Below the pieces are notes generated by a model, which saw only the letters and a list, made by a program, of their open reading frames with translations, made no database searches and had not been told where the DNA came from. The position numbers and the translations under genes were made by a program. A DNA stretch of 64,000 nucleotides, taken from assembly GCF_009914755.1 (NCBI RefSeq), contig NC_060944.1; one strand, 5' to 3'. Positions 1 through 13,000 of this stretch are shown here, in pieces. Source of the DNA: the human T2T-CHM13v2.0 reference genome, Homo sapiens. Every line of letters starts with the position of its first letter. Positions within the stretch are counted from its first letter, which is position 1.

Positions 1-1232
1 GCATGCCAGGGAGCATCTAGTTCTGGCTCCATAGGTTTATTATGGCTGGCCAGTCCTAATTAAAAGACTCCCTTTGTCTTGTCTTCAGGACTTCCAGACA
101 TGGAACTGGGGCTTTATTTTTGGCTCTGGGCATCTATGCTGCTTCCTGTTATGTTGCCAGATTCATACGTAAGCTAAGGCAGCCCTAGAGGAATATTTCC
201 CTCCCTTTATTCTTATTCCTTAGTACAGTTCTGGATCCACAGCCAATCAAGCGTATCATAGAAGAGCCAGCAACTCTGACGTGCAAAACGCCCATGTCCT
301 GCCACCCCCAACATGCTGGTATTTTTGACAGTCCTCAATTAGAGCAGTACGGTTAACTTCAGCCTGTCATTTGTGTGGGTTAAGCTGTTTGAAAAATCCT
401 TGAGGGATCAGCCAGTGGTGGGAGGATGATTTTCCTATAAACAAATGATGGAACCTCGATGTCTGGAAGATACTAGCTGTGGTTTGGTTCCTGGGGCCTT
501 TTGAGGGGACAGAAATGTCAGCTCCCTTCTTCCTTGGCTCTCTGGGCTGTCTCACAGCTGGGACTGATGCTCTCCATTCCAGCATTGGAAGACCCTCAGG
601 AGGCCTCCGGACCACAGAGATATCTGGTTCCAGTTTCATTTTATCATTGCTAGTGCTAAAGGTGTAACATTTATCCCCAAGTGACTATATAAAATAATTT
701 CTTCAAGGGAGATCCTGGGTATGAAGTTCATATAAACACTTCAGAATAGCTAGAAAAGTTTATTTTGATTTTAGAATAATGTTTCACAAGGACTGAGTCA
801 CCAAAACCACTCTTCCCATAAGTCCATTTCACTGGGAGAATATTTATACAAAAATCCTTAATATTGGGGTCGTGGGAGGGAAAGTGTGCAGATAATGTAA
901 AAGGATTTTAATTCCGAAAGAAACAAAGAAAAAAAGAAGAGGACCAGCATATCCAGTTTTGTTTTACGTGATCTGAAATTTTATCTGATCTCTCAGTAGA
1001 TTGTTACCAAAATCCTGATATTAGAAAGAAGTCTCTATCCATTCACATATAACATGATAGTCTATGTAGAAATTTGCAAGAAATCTACAAAAAAGCACCA
1101 GAATTAATACATGAGTTTATCAAGGTCACGGGATACAAGATCAGCATTTAAAAATCAATCATATGTCTATACATTAGCAATCAACTACTGGAAATCAAAA
1201 TTTTAAAAAATAATACGGTTTAAAAATTACAT

Positions 1233-1523
1233 AGTCTGGACATGGTAGCTCACACCTGTAATCCTAGTACTTTCAGAGGCAAAGGCAGGAAGATCTCTTG
1301 AGCCCAGGAGTTTGAGACCTGACTGGGCAACATAGGGAGACCCTGTCTCTATAAGAAATTTAAACATTAGCCAGGTATGGTGGCATGCACCTATAGTTCC
1401 AGCTACTCAGGAGGCAGAGCCCAGGAGGCTGAGGCTGCAGTGAGCCGTAATGGTGCCTCTGCACTTCAGCCTGGGTGACAGAGCAAAGTCCTGTCTCAAA
1501 AAAACAAAACAAAAACAAAAACA
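1233..1523 (+). mobile_element. Alu (AluJ-like)
   Basis: Dimeric Alu, diverged, with (CAAAA) tail. Confidence 0.9.
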
Positions 1524-2042
1524 AGATGTAATTATGTATACATTTTAAAATATATGCAGAATCTGTATAATAAAAACTCCAAAAACTAATGAAAGAAAGA
1601 AGATCTAAATAAACGGAGAGACATACTGCATCCATGGACTGGAAGACTCAACAATATTAAGGTGTTAATTTTCCCACAAGATGATTTAAGGATTTAACTA
1701 AATTTCAATTGCCATCCCAGTTAACAATCTTTTGTACACATAGTAACACTGACTCTGACTCTAAAATTTACGTGGAAAAGCAAAGAAACTTAAAAGAGGC
1801 GAAAAATGTTGAAAAAAATAAACTTGAAGAAATCACATTATACAATTTTAAGGCTTACTTTAAAGCAATAATAATGAGAACCATCACAATTTAAAACTTA
1901 CGCTCTATGAAAAAAGAATGAAAGGCAAGCTACAGACTGAGATAAATATTTGCAAATCACATATCTGACAACTTATCATCATAATATATAAAGAATTCTC
2001 AAAAATTCAATAGTACATAAACAAAAAGACTAACCTTTAGAT

Positions 2043-2330
2043 TTTTATTTTTATATATATATACATTTTTAGAGACAGAGTCTCACTCTGTTTGTTACCC
2101 AGAATGAGTGCAGTGGTGTGATCATAGCTCACTACAGCCTTGAACTGCTAGGCACATGAGATTCTCCTGCCTTAGCCTCCCAAGTAGCTGAGACTATAGG
2201 ACTACAGGTGCATACCACCACATCCAGCTAATTTATTTTATTTTTTGTAGAGATGAGGTCTCACTATGTTACCCAGGCTGATCTTGAGCTCCTGGGCTCA
2301 AGTAATCCTTGCACCTTGGCTTCCAAAAGT
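2043..2330 (-). mobile_element. Alu (AluJ-like)
   Basis: Antisense Alu body. Confidence 0.88.
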
Positions 2331-3189
2331 GAAAAAAAAAAAAACAAAACCTAATTTTTAAATTTTTAAAACCTAAATTTTAAAAGAGTTGAACAGGCAC
2401 TTCTCCAAAGAAGATATAAGGATGGCAAATAAACATATGAAAAGAAGCTAAACATCATTACCTATTAAGGAATAGGAAACTAAGTCCACAATAAGATACC
2501 ACTAGACACACATTAGAATGGCTTAAAAAAATTGACAACACCAAGTTTTGACAAACATGCAGAGCTACTGGAACTCACATGCATTGCCAGTGGGGATGCA
2601 AAATAGTATAACCAGTCTGGAAAACTACTTGGAACTTTCTTAATTAATTAAACATATACTTACCATATGACCCAAAAACCCCATCCCTGGATATTTATCC
2701 TGGAGAAATGAAAGCCTCTCCTCACACAGATACCTGGTCACGAATGTTTTAGCATCTGTATTAATAAATTTCCAAAATTGGGAAAAACCAACACATCCTT
2801 CAGTGAGTGAATTTGGGATACTATTCAGCAATAAAGATGGTCCAAGAAACAAATCAGACAGATCTTAAAGGCATTCGCTGCATAAAAGAAGCCATTCTCA
2901 AATAGTTACATATTATATGATTCCATTTATACAACGTTCTTGAAAAGGTAAAACTATAGGAACTGAGAATAGATTAGTGGTTGCTTGGGGTGAGGAGAGA
3001 ATTTGCCTCTAAAGGAGTAGCATTGTGGAATTTGGGGGGCTGTTGGAACTGTCTGTACTATAATTGTGGTGGTGGTGGTTACTTATATCTATACTTGTAG
3101 CATACTGTATACACATGAAAATGTCAATTTTGCTCTATATAAATTGAAATTTTTTCAAATTTAAAAGTAAGCTTTGTGTCACCATAGAA

Positions 3190-3395
3190 CAGTGCTATTT
3201 TTAATAGAACATTTGATGATGGAAATGTTCCATATTTTGTATCCAATTCTGTAGCCACTAGTCTCATATAACTAGTAAGCACTTGAAATCTGGCAAGCAT
3301 GACAGAAGAACTGAATTTTTCATTTCATTTAATTTTACTGAATTTAACTGTAAGTAGCCACATATAGCTACTAGCTACTGTATTGGGCAGCGCAC
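3190..3395. mobile_element. MER3 (hAT-Charlie) MITE
   Basis: aatagaac...gatgatggaaatgttc...gtagccacta...actgaatttt...tagccacat...tattgggcagcgca. Confidence 0.75.
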
Positions 3396-3525
3396 CCACA
3401 GAAGACTGAAATTTCTATATTGTGTTCCAGAGCTTATCCAACTTGTGCTGATGCAGAAAACAGGAATATCTAGAATAATGAGAAATCAAAAATTCATTAC
3501 ATGTATGCTCATTAAGAATGCACTA

Positions 3526-3841
<316 letters not shown>

Positions 3842-4318
3842 TTAGATTTTATAGCAGATGTTGCTTGCAGGTTAAAGTTTTCTGAAATTTGGGCTCAAGT
3901 AAATTTATATTCCTTCAGCATATTACATTCAATGAAGTGATGGGCCTGTGTGCTGGAGCAGTCAGAAGACACACCACTAGCCTGTTGGGTGGCTTTAGAA
4001 GCCAGTCTGTGGCCTTTTTTAATTGTCATAAGTAATTCAAAAGCAAACCGTGGCATGTTGACTAGCTTGGGTCAACCATAACAAGTAATGATGCTGTCTC
4101 TCAGACATTGCAGAACCATTGAACCAGTGTTTTAAGATAATACACAAGAAAATACAAGATTCTTTACAATCCAGTCCTGATCACATCTCACCACTCTCTA
4201 TATCTACAGAGGAATTTGTAATTTCTCCATCATGCACCTCTGTTGTTTGCTTTAGCTGTCAATTCCACATGGAGTTCCTTTTCTACTCTCTTTTAGTGTG
4301 ATAAAAGGTGCCTTCCCT

Positions 4319-4631
4319 GGAGCGGGCAAAGTGGTTCACATCTGTAATCCCAGTGCTTTGGGAGGCCAAGATGGGAGGATTGCTTGAGACCAGGAGTTGA
4401 AGACCAACCTGAGCAACATAGCAAGATGCTGTATATACAAAAGAAATTAAAATAGTAGCCAGGCTTACTGGGCACCTGTAGTCCCAACTACTCAGGAGGC
4501 TGAGGCAGGAGGATCTCTTGAGCCCATGAGCTCAAGGCTGCAGTGAGCTATGATGGCACTACTATGCTCCAGCCTAAGTTACATATTAGGTGACAGAGCA
4601 AGATTTTGTCTCAAAAAAAAAAAAAAAAAAA
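4319..4631 (+). mobile_element. Alu (AluJ-like)
   Basis: Full Alu with poly(A) and TSD TGCCTTCCCT. Confidence 0.9.
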
Positions 4632-5194
4632 TGCCTTCCCTGTCTCTGTTGTAGTGTTCCCAAACATTTGAGTATCTCCCAGTCATTTGAGTATCTTCCT
4701 GATCTTGTGCCTTGTCTCCATCCTTCCTATACTATTACTCACCTTCATATTTTTAATTTGGCTCACCTTCATTTACTTAAGTTTGTCTTAAGCAATACTA
4801 TCTGTGACATCATGGGTTTCACATGCTAGTTATATTTTTGCTAACACACATTAAGTAAATAAATGTATGTATAAGGAAAGCTATTTCGCCATTCATGCCC
4901 TAACATAAACTCACATGCCAATGTGGGACACATTCATCAGCTTGGTAACAACTTCCATAGTTAGCTGGAGTATCTACACCTCCAGGAAGTGGGTGATTTG
5001 CCCCCTACTGCTGCAGCAATAAGGCACAAGTCCTGTTCAGGGGATTGGAAGACTGTTTGTTGGGTAAATCAACTGCCCAGGCTCTGACATTTGAAAGTCC
5101 TCCCACAGAGCATCTGGCCCACTGCCTGATTCTACTGGGAAGCTCCCTTACATATAAAGCTTTCAATCCTATTTTAAGTACTTTATTATAAATA

Positions 5195-6420
5195 GTAACA
5201 GAGATCCAAAGACCACCAGACATTTGAGGAATGCCTCCCACATAAAAGACAGAAACTAAAATAAAGAAAGAGGAAAAAAAGTAATACGAAAGACACAGAA
5301 ATCATGTGGGGTTCAGAAGAAAACTTCAAAAAGTCTCACAAAACTTAACATCCTTAGATTTAAATGAGAAGGTGATGCATCTATGAGACAAGAACAAAGT
5401 ACTGTCAAAATAATGAATAAGGTAATAAGAAAAAAACTCATCAATTTTTAAAAGGATAGCTCATTTTTTTGAAATCAATAGAAAGCTTGGAAAATAAAGT
5501 AGATGAAAGCTCCCAGAAAGCAGAACAAATAAACAGCAATTTTTTAAAAGAGTGATAAGATGAGAGTCTTGGAGAAATAATCTAAAAGATTCAAGATCCA
5601 AATAATAGTTATTCCAGAGATGTAGAGAAAAGAAAGAGAAGGAAATTATCAAATAAATAACTAAAGAAAAATTCCATGTTGAAGAACATGTCTTGAGGTC
5701 AAAACAGTCCACCAAGTGACCCCCACTCTGAGACTCATTGAAGTAAAGAGAAGATCCTAAACACTACCCCACAGAAAGAGAAATGTCACTTACAAAGGAT
5801 TGGAAATGAGATTTCCATTGCGCTAGTCACAGCAACCTGTGCTAGAAGACAATGAAACAATTGAGTTTTAACCAGAAATCTACAAACAGACAAATTACAA
5901 ATAATTGTGAGGGGAAGAAAAAAGACATTTCCAGACACATTCCTAAACTAAAAAATAATTGCCTCTCATGTGATCTTTCTTAGGAAACCATTAAAGAACA
6001 TAATCCTACAAAAGGAAAAAGTGCGCCAAGAAAAGTGAAGGATGTGGAAATCCAGAAATGGAGATCATAAGGTGATGGTGAAGAAATATTTCAGGATGTC
6101 AACTGCACAGCAGCCCTAAAGACCGCATCAAAACAGGGTGATGGAGGGATCCGGCAGGAAGGTCTTTAGAGAAAAAAAAAACGGAACAAAGAAATTATAT
6201 GTTTGAGTTTTGGAAAAGCTGTCAGTGGGCACTGGCAGATCTAATGGATAAAATTAAGGTGAGACTCAAAAACTGCAGCTGAAAAACAACAACCAAATAA
6301 AACATTGTATGAGAAAGAGAATCACAGTTCCCTACTTGGTTCTAAAATAAACCATGTTTATCAATCATAATAATATGAAGAGTGACAATTTAGCTCAAGA
6401 TTGTGATGTTATAATGTTAG
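5195..6420 (+). mobile_element. Ancient L1M ORF1-region fragment
   Basis: A-rich with L1ME ORF1-like motifs (gttccagagagaaaag, aagagaagatcctaaa, gctagaagacaatg). Confidence 0.55.
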
Positions 6421-8939
6421 GAAAATAGAGGGAAAGGAAAAGGGGAGCAGGCATATGGCGGTATTATGGTCTTAACACAGCAGGAAGTTAGCACACAGGG
6501 TCTAAAATGGATAAATCCAGAAAGAATATAAGCAAATAATTTTGAGCAGTAAGACTTGAGCATAGGAAGGGGTAAGGCCCTTGCTACTATGGGGCATTTA
6601 TTTAATGTTTGAGTTATATCCACATATGTTATTTTAAAAAAACTTCTAAAATTAGAGAGAGAAATTATGGTTCCTGGGATATAGATCAGAGAGCAAAGAT
6701 TTAGTTGCTGAGAGGACTCATAAATTGCAGCAAAACCATCTTTCTAAAGGCTCCTTTCTGCAACACTACCTCCAGATGATAGGACAATATTACACAAGGG
6801 AAGAGAGGGAAAACCGTGCCCAAGCTCCACCCTCTCCTTTGGGAAATTCTTGGCTCAGCTCGCAATACTAAATCTTTGTTCCATGGTGTTTTAGGACTGC
6901 ACTCTTTGAAGGTGAGATGTTTATTTTCCATGGCTGGAAAGTTTCCTACATCCCTACCCACTACACATGACTGAGGAATTGCACAAGCCTCAGCGTGCTT
7001 TCTCCAACACTGGTATGTCAAGCCCTGGCTGCAAATTATGTGTAATGTGATGGCAAAGGTGCCTTTGGAGTGCTCCATGGACTGGCTCTGTCTTTCATTT
7101 CAGCCAGGTGAATGGCTCAACATATAGCTAGGGATCTGATGGTGGGGGAATGACAACTTAATTTAACTGCACTTAACTGCCACTGTGTAATTCTTTCTGC
7201 TCTCCCAAGCCCCTAGTCCTGTATTATCTTGGTCAAGGAGATCCCCCAGTTCTAAAGAGTCCTATGGAGATTTCATAGGACTCCTCATATTGGCCAAAAA
7301 ATAGCTATGTTGATACCATGTGCAAACTTTCTTGTAACTCAACCACTGTTGCTTCCTAAATGGTGACAGCTCATTACAGTCATCTGCTATTACACTAAAA
7401 TGCTGTTGGGATTTCATCTCACTCTTTATTCCCACTGGATATTTGGCAGGAGAGCTAAGGTTTTGTCTAGTAAAGCACTCTTAACAAAAAAATAGAGAAA
7501 GGACAAGAAGAGAGAAGCATCACAATTCCATATCTTGATTTGAGGATGTGCCATTGAGATGTTAATGTCTTACATAATAAGAGGTTTTATGGCTTAAATT
7601 CAAGAGTTGGGAATGCAGCAGCTGTTATCCCAGTCAGGTCTACAGTTTTCCCAGATTTCACAATGAACAATAGGAGCAATTGTTGTAAAGCACAGTCTCT
7701 TCATTCAGCATGGCAATGTCAGGGAAGTAATATACCTTTCTATACTCAGTTTTAGGGAACTGGGTTTTGGAATTGAGGAGCTGCCTGCAGCCCAGCCTCA
7801 TAACTTACCTATCAAAACTAAGCCTAGCTCAACATGACTTTACTGTTTATTCCAGAAAATTCTTGCCCAGTAAGTAACTTGAATGTTGGCCCCAAGAGCT
7901 TCCAGAAAATCTATTTTTTTCAAACAATGAGCTACCAATCAGCCTCCTTTCTCAGGCCAACAGATTGCTCCATGGAGCAGACCTTCTTGCTTATCAAAGC
8001 ATGAGATGCTCTAGATAACACTTAACTTTTCTGGGTCCTTCAGGCCCAAGCTATTAAATCATGAACTTTGCCCAGATGAAATCCCCACATTGAAAGGCCT
8101 GCCTTAAACCACTCAAAACCAGATCTGAAACTCTATCCATATCTGCCCTTGACCTCTTCCTTCCACAATACCACCAAGAGTCTGTCAAGGTGGTGCTCTC
8201 CCTCATGGCAGTAAGTAATAAACCCAGCTTGAATTGATCAATGGGGTATTTCTGTGGTCTTTTTGTAGAGTTGGCAGTTGACAAACACATGCAGATTTCC
8301 ACCCTTGTTTGTAGAGTCACAACTGTTAGCTTGGCAGTCTTGCTCTGTTAGCCCCTTTTCCAGTTCTTTCAATTATTTACTCTTTCATTCAAATGTTTAT
8401 TGAATGCTACTGTGAGCCAAGGGATATAAGAAGCTTGGTTCCTCATTCCATGGAGTAGGGAAGGAAGACACAAATCAACAAATCATATAAATATAGATGA
8501 TACTAAATTGTGCTAAATGCTATAAAGGAAGAGTATGGGATGGCAGAAAAACATTTAATAGGCTTACAAAGATCTGCAAAGGATTAGACCATTGGGGCTG
8601 AGATAGGAAGAATTAGTAATCTTCAGATAAGTCTCTGAAAAGGAAGAAGGAAGACCTGTTCCAACCCAAAGGAACAACCCCCCACCCACCCCAATTAGGC
8701 TACGAATTCATTATCATGCTCTTCAATTCCTTTATCTTCAGGATCAGATAACTATTTTGTTGCTTTTGGCTACTTGTTTTTCACAACAATGAAAAAGAAA
8801 GATAAATGTGCTTCAAATAACTGAAGAGAAAAGACAACAAATACATGTTTTCTCACTGTTAAATTCCCTTTTCTCTGAGATTCTTTAAACCCCTGATAAG
8901 AAGGGGACGTGATAAAAATGGAAGATCAATTACTCTGCA

Positions 8940-9244
8940 AAAAAGTCTGGAGATTGCTTATAGTCTTATATACACGTAAAATACCATATAGCCCAGAATT
9001 TTCATTCCTAGGTATTTACCCAAGAGAAATGAAAATATATACCCACGCAAAGACTTACACATGAATATCTACAGCCCTGCTAATCTTAATAGCCCCAATC
9101 TGAAAACAACCCAGTGCTCAACAGTAGAATGGATTAACATTCAATGCAATACTATACAGCAAAGAAAATTAATGATCTACTACTACATGCAACAACATGG
9201 ATGCATCTCACAAACACAAGAAAAAAGTCAGACTAGAATGAATA
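8940..9244 (+). mobile_element. Old L1M (L1MC/ME-type) 3' fragment; continues at 14057-14157 and ~15295-15335
   Basis: L1M 3'UTR motifs (cattcctaggtatttacccaagagaaatgaaaa; gaatacatactgcatgattctgtttatatgaaattctag) join across the HERV-H. Confidence 0.75.
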
Positions 9245-9697
9245 TGTCAGGCCTCTGAGCCCAAGCCAAGCCATCGCATCCCCTGTGACTTGCACGTATA
9301 TGCCCAGATGGCCTGAAGTAACTGAAGAATCACAAAAGAAGTGAATAGGCCCTGCCGCACCTTAACTGATGAAATTCCCCCACAAAAGAAGTGTAAATGG
9401 CCGGTCCTTGCCTTAACTGATGACATTACCTTGTGAAAGTCCTTTGCCTGGCTCATCCTGGCTCAAAAAGCACCCCCACTGAGCACCTTGCGACCCTCAC
9501 TCCTGCCCGCCAGAGAACAAACCCCCTTTGACTGTAATTTTCCTTTACCTACCCAAATCCTATAAAACGGCCCCACCCTTATCTCCCTTCGCTGACTTTC
9601 TTTTCGGACTCAGCCCGCCTGCACCCAGGTGAAATAAACAGCCATGTTGCTCACACAAAGCCTGTTTGGTGGTCTCTTCACACGGACGCGCATGAAA
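9245..9697 (+). mobile_element. 5' LTR7 of HERV-H (promoter LTR)
   Basis: Starts TGTCAGGCCTCTGAGCCCAAG and ends GGACGCGCATGAAA. TATA box TATAAAA 9561-9567, AATAAA 9633-9638. Confidence 0.97.
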
Positions 9698-9699
9698 TT

Positions 9700-9717
9700 T
9701 GGTGCCGTGACTTGGAT
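9700..9717 (+). promoter_or_regulatory. Primer binding site complementary to tRNA-His
   Basis: TGGTGCCGTGACTTGGAT just after the 5' LTR; one mismatch to the canonical TGGTGCCGTGACTCGGAT. Confidence 0.9.
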
Positions 9718-9840
9718 GGGGGGACCTCCCTTGGGAGATCAATCCCCCGTCCTCCTGCTCTTTGCTCCGTGAGAAAGATCCACCTATGACCTCAGGTCCT
9801 CAGACCGACCAGCCCAAGGAACATCTCACCAATTTTAAAT

Positions 9841-9849
9841 CAGGTAGGC
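9841..9849 (+). promoter_or_regulatory. HERV-H major splice donor
   Basis: aaatCAG|GTAGGC about 145 nt after the 5' LTR, the position of the known HERV-H leader donor. Confidence 0.7.
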
Positions 9850-10596
9850 GGCCTCTTCTTACTCTCTTCTCCAACCTCTCTCACTGTCCCTCAACCACTT
9901 TCTCCTTTCCACTCTTCAATCTCTCCCTTCTCTTAATTTCAATTCCTTTCATTTTCTGGGAGAGACAAAGGACACACGTTTTATCCGTGGACACAAAACT
10001 TCGGCGCCAGTCACGGACTGGGAAGGCAGCCTTCCCTTGGTGTTTAATCATGGCAGGGATGCCTGATTATTCATCCATGTTTCAAAGGTGTCAGACCACA
10101 CAGGGACGCTTACTCACTGCAGGGACGCCTCTCTGATCATTCACCCACGTTTCAAGGGTGTCAGACCACGCAGGGACGCCTGCCTTGGTCCTTCACCCTT
10201 AGCGGCAAGTCCCGCTTTTCTGGGGAAGGGGCAAGTACCCCAACCCCTTCTCTCCTTGTCTCTACCCCTTCTCTGCTTTTCTGGGAGAGGGGCAAGTACC
10301 CCTCAACCCCTTCTCTCCTTGTCTCTACCCCTTCTCTGCTTTCCTGGGGCAGGGTCAAGTACCCCTCAACCCCTTCTCCTTCACCCTTAGCGGCAAGTCC
10401 CGCTTTCCTAGGGGGCAAGAACCCCCCAATCGCTTATTTCCACACCCCAACCTCTTATCTCTGCACCCCAATCGCTTATTTCCATGCCCCAACCTCTTAT
10501 CTCTGCGCCCCAGCCACATCTCCGGCACACAAGAACTTCCAAACACCTGAACCGCAGTGGCCAGGCATTCCTCCAGAACCTCCTCCCACAGGAGCT

Positions 10597-10638
10597 TGCT
10601 ACACGTGCCGGAAATCTGGCCACTGGGCCAAGGAATGC
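10597..10638 (+). pseudogene. HERV-H gag nucleocapsid zinc-knuckle remnant
   Basis: Translates CYTCRKSGHWAKEC (CX2CX4HX4C). The following knuckle is broken by a stop. Confidence 0.85.
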
Positions 10639-10868
10639 CCGCAGGCCAGGATTCCTCCTAAGCCGCATCCCATCTGTGTGGGACCCCACTGAAAATCGGA
10701 CTGTTCAACTCACCTGGCAGCCACTCCCAGAGCCCCTGGAACTCTGGCCCAAGGCTCTCTGACTCCTTCCCAGATCTTCTCGGCTTAGCAGCTGAAGACT
10801 GACACTGCCCGATGGCCTCAGAAGCCCCCTAGACCATCACGGATGCCGAGCTTCGGGTAACTCTCACA

Positions 10869-11200
10869 GTGGAAGGTAAGCCCGTCCCCTTCTTAATCAA
10901 TACGGAGGCTACACACTCCACATTACCTTCTTTTCAAGGACCTGTTTCCCTTGCCTCCATAACTGTTGTGGGTATTGACGGCCAGGCTTCTAAACCTCTT
11001 AAAACTCCCCAACTCTGGTGCCAACTTAGACAATACTCTTTTAAGCACTCCTTTTTAGTTATCCCCACCTGCCCAGTTCCCTTATTAGGCCGAGACACTT
11101 TAACTAAATTATCTGCTTCCCTGACTATTCCTGGACTACAGCTATATCTCATTGCCGCCCTTCTTCCCAATCCAAAGCCTCCTTTGCATCCTCCTCTTCT
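10869..11200 (+). pseudogene. HERV-H protease remnant
   Basis: GKPVPFLINTEATHSTL...VPLLGRDTL; the catalytic DTGA is degenerate (NTEA). Confidence 0.85.
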
Positions 11201-11307
11201 ATCCCCCACCTTAACCCACAAGTATAAGATACCTCTACTCCCTCCTTGGCGGCCGATCATGCACCCCTTACCATCTCATTAAAACCTAATCACCCTTACC
11301 CCACTCA

Positions 11308-13000
11308 ATGCCAATATCCCATCCTGCAGCACACTTGCCTGTTATCACTCGCCTGCTACAGCACGGCCTTTTAAAGCCTATAAACTCTCCTTACAATTCC
11401 CCCATTTTACCTGTGCTAAAACCAGACAAGCCTTACAACTTAGTTCAGGATCTGCGCCTTATCGACCAAATTGTTTTGCCTATCCACCCCGTGGTGCCAA
11501 ACCCATATACTCTCCTATCCTCAATACCTGCCTCTACAACCCATTATTCTGTTCTAGATCTCAAACATGCTTTCTTTACTATTCCTTTGCACCCTTAATC
11601 CCAGCCTCTCTTCGCTTTCACTTGGACTGACCCTGACACCCATCAAGCTCAGCAAATTACCTAGGCTGTACTGCCGCAAAGCTTCACAGACAGCCCCCAT
11701 TACTTCAATCAAGCCCAAATTTCTTCCTCATCTGTTACCTATCTCGGCATAATTCTCATAAAAATACATGTGCTCTCCCTGCCAATCGTGTCCAACTGAT
11801 CTCTCAAACCCAAGCACCTTCTACAAAACAACAACTCCTTTCCTTCCTAGGCATGGTTAGCGCGGTCAGAATTCTTACACAAGAGCCAGGACCACACCCT
11901 GTAGCCTTTCTGTCCAAACAACTTGACCTTACTGTTTAAGCCTAGCCCTCATGTCTGCGTGCAGCAGCTGCCGCTGCTTTAATACTTTCAGAGGCCCTCA
12001 AAATCACAAACTGTGCTCAACTCACTCTCTAAAGTTCTCATAACTTCCAAAATCTATTTTCTTCCTCATACCTGACGCATATACTTTCTGCTTCCCAGCT
12101 CCTTCAGCTGTACTCACTCCTTGTTGAGTCTCCCACAACTACCACTGTTCCTGGCCCAGACTTCAATCCGGCCTCCCACATTATTCCTGATACCACACCT
12201 GACCCCCATGACTGTATCTCTCTGATCCACCTGACATTCACATTTCCCCAAATTTCCTTCTTTCCTGTTCCTCACCCAGATCACGCTTGATTTATTGATG
12301 GCGGTTCCACCAGGCCTAATCGCCACACACCAGCAAAGGCAGGTTATGCTATAGTACAAGCCACTAGCCCGCCTCTTAGAACCTCTCATTTCCTTTCCAT
12401 CGTGGAAATCTATCCTCAAGGAAATAACTTCTCAGTGTTCCATCTGCTATTCTACTACTCCTCAGGGATTATTCAGGCCCCCTCCCTTCCCTACACATCA
12501 AGCTCGAGGATTTGCCCCACCCAGGACTGGCAAATTAGCTTTACTCAACATGCCCTGAGTCAGATAACTAAAATACCTCTTAGTCTAGGTAGACGCTTTT
12601 CACTGGATAGGTACAGGCCTTCCCTATAGGGTCTGAGAAGGCCACCGCAGTCATTTCTTCCGTTCTGTTAGACATAATTCCTCAGTTTAGCCCTCCCACC
12701 TCAATACAGTCTGATAACACATAAGCCTTTATTAGTCAAATCAGCCGAGCAGTTTTTCAGGCTCTTAGTTTTCAGTGAAACCTTTATATCCCTTACGGTC
12801 CTCCATCTTCAAGAAAAGTAGAATGGACTAAAGGTCTTTTAAAAACACACCTCACCAAGCTCAGCCACCAACTTCAAAAGGACTGGACAATACTTTTACC
12901 ACTTTCCCTTCTCAGAATTCAGGCCTGTCCTCAGGGTACAGCCCATTTAAGCTCCTGTATAGACGCCTTTTTATTAGGCCCCAGTCTCATTCCAGACACC
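11308..13000 (+). pseudogene. HERV-H pol remnant (RT, RNase H, integrase fragments) with stops and deletions
   Basis: SPYNSPILPVLKPDKPYNLVQDLR...YSVLDLKHAFFTIPLHP RT motifs, then LPQSF and no YxDD. RNase H-like FIDGGS...AGYAIV near 12290-12360. Confidence 0.85.

Larger units (their letters stand above)
1030..3150 (+). mobile_element. Old L1M ORF2/3' fragments interrupted by two Alus
   Basis: L1 motifs (ggatacaagatcagc, catggactggaagactcaacaat, caaatcacatatctgaca, catatgaccca). Confidence 0.75.

Noticed and set aside
1-700. GC-moderate unique segment with short ORFs (367-639, 479-667)
   Set aside because: No recognisable protein, convincing exon structure or repeat identity.
10228-10510. Spaced direct repeats resembling a CRISPR array
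   Set aside because: HERV-H leader tandem repeats in a eukaryotic genome; no unique spacers or cas genes.
10869-11752. Possible functional retroviral protease/RT
   Set aside because: Protease DTG is mutated to NTE, and RT is broken by stops and lacks YxDD.
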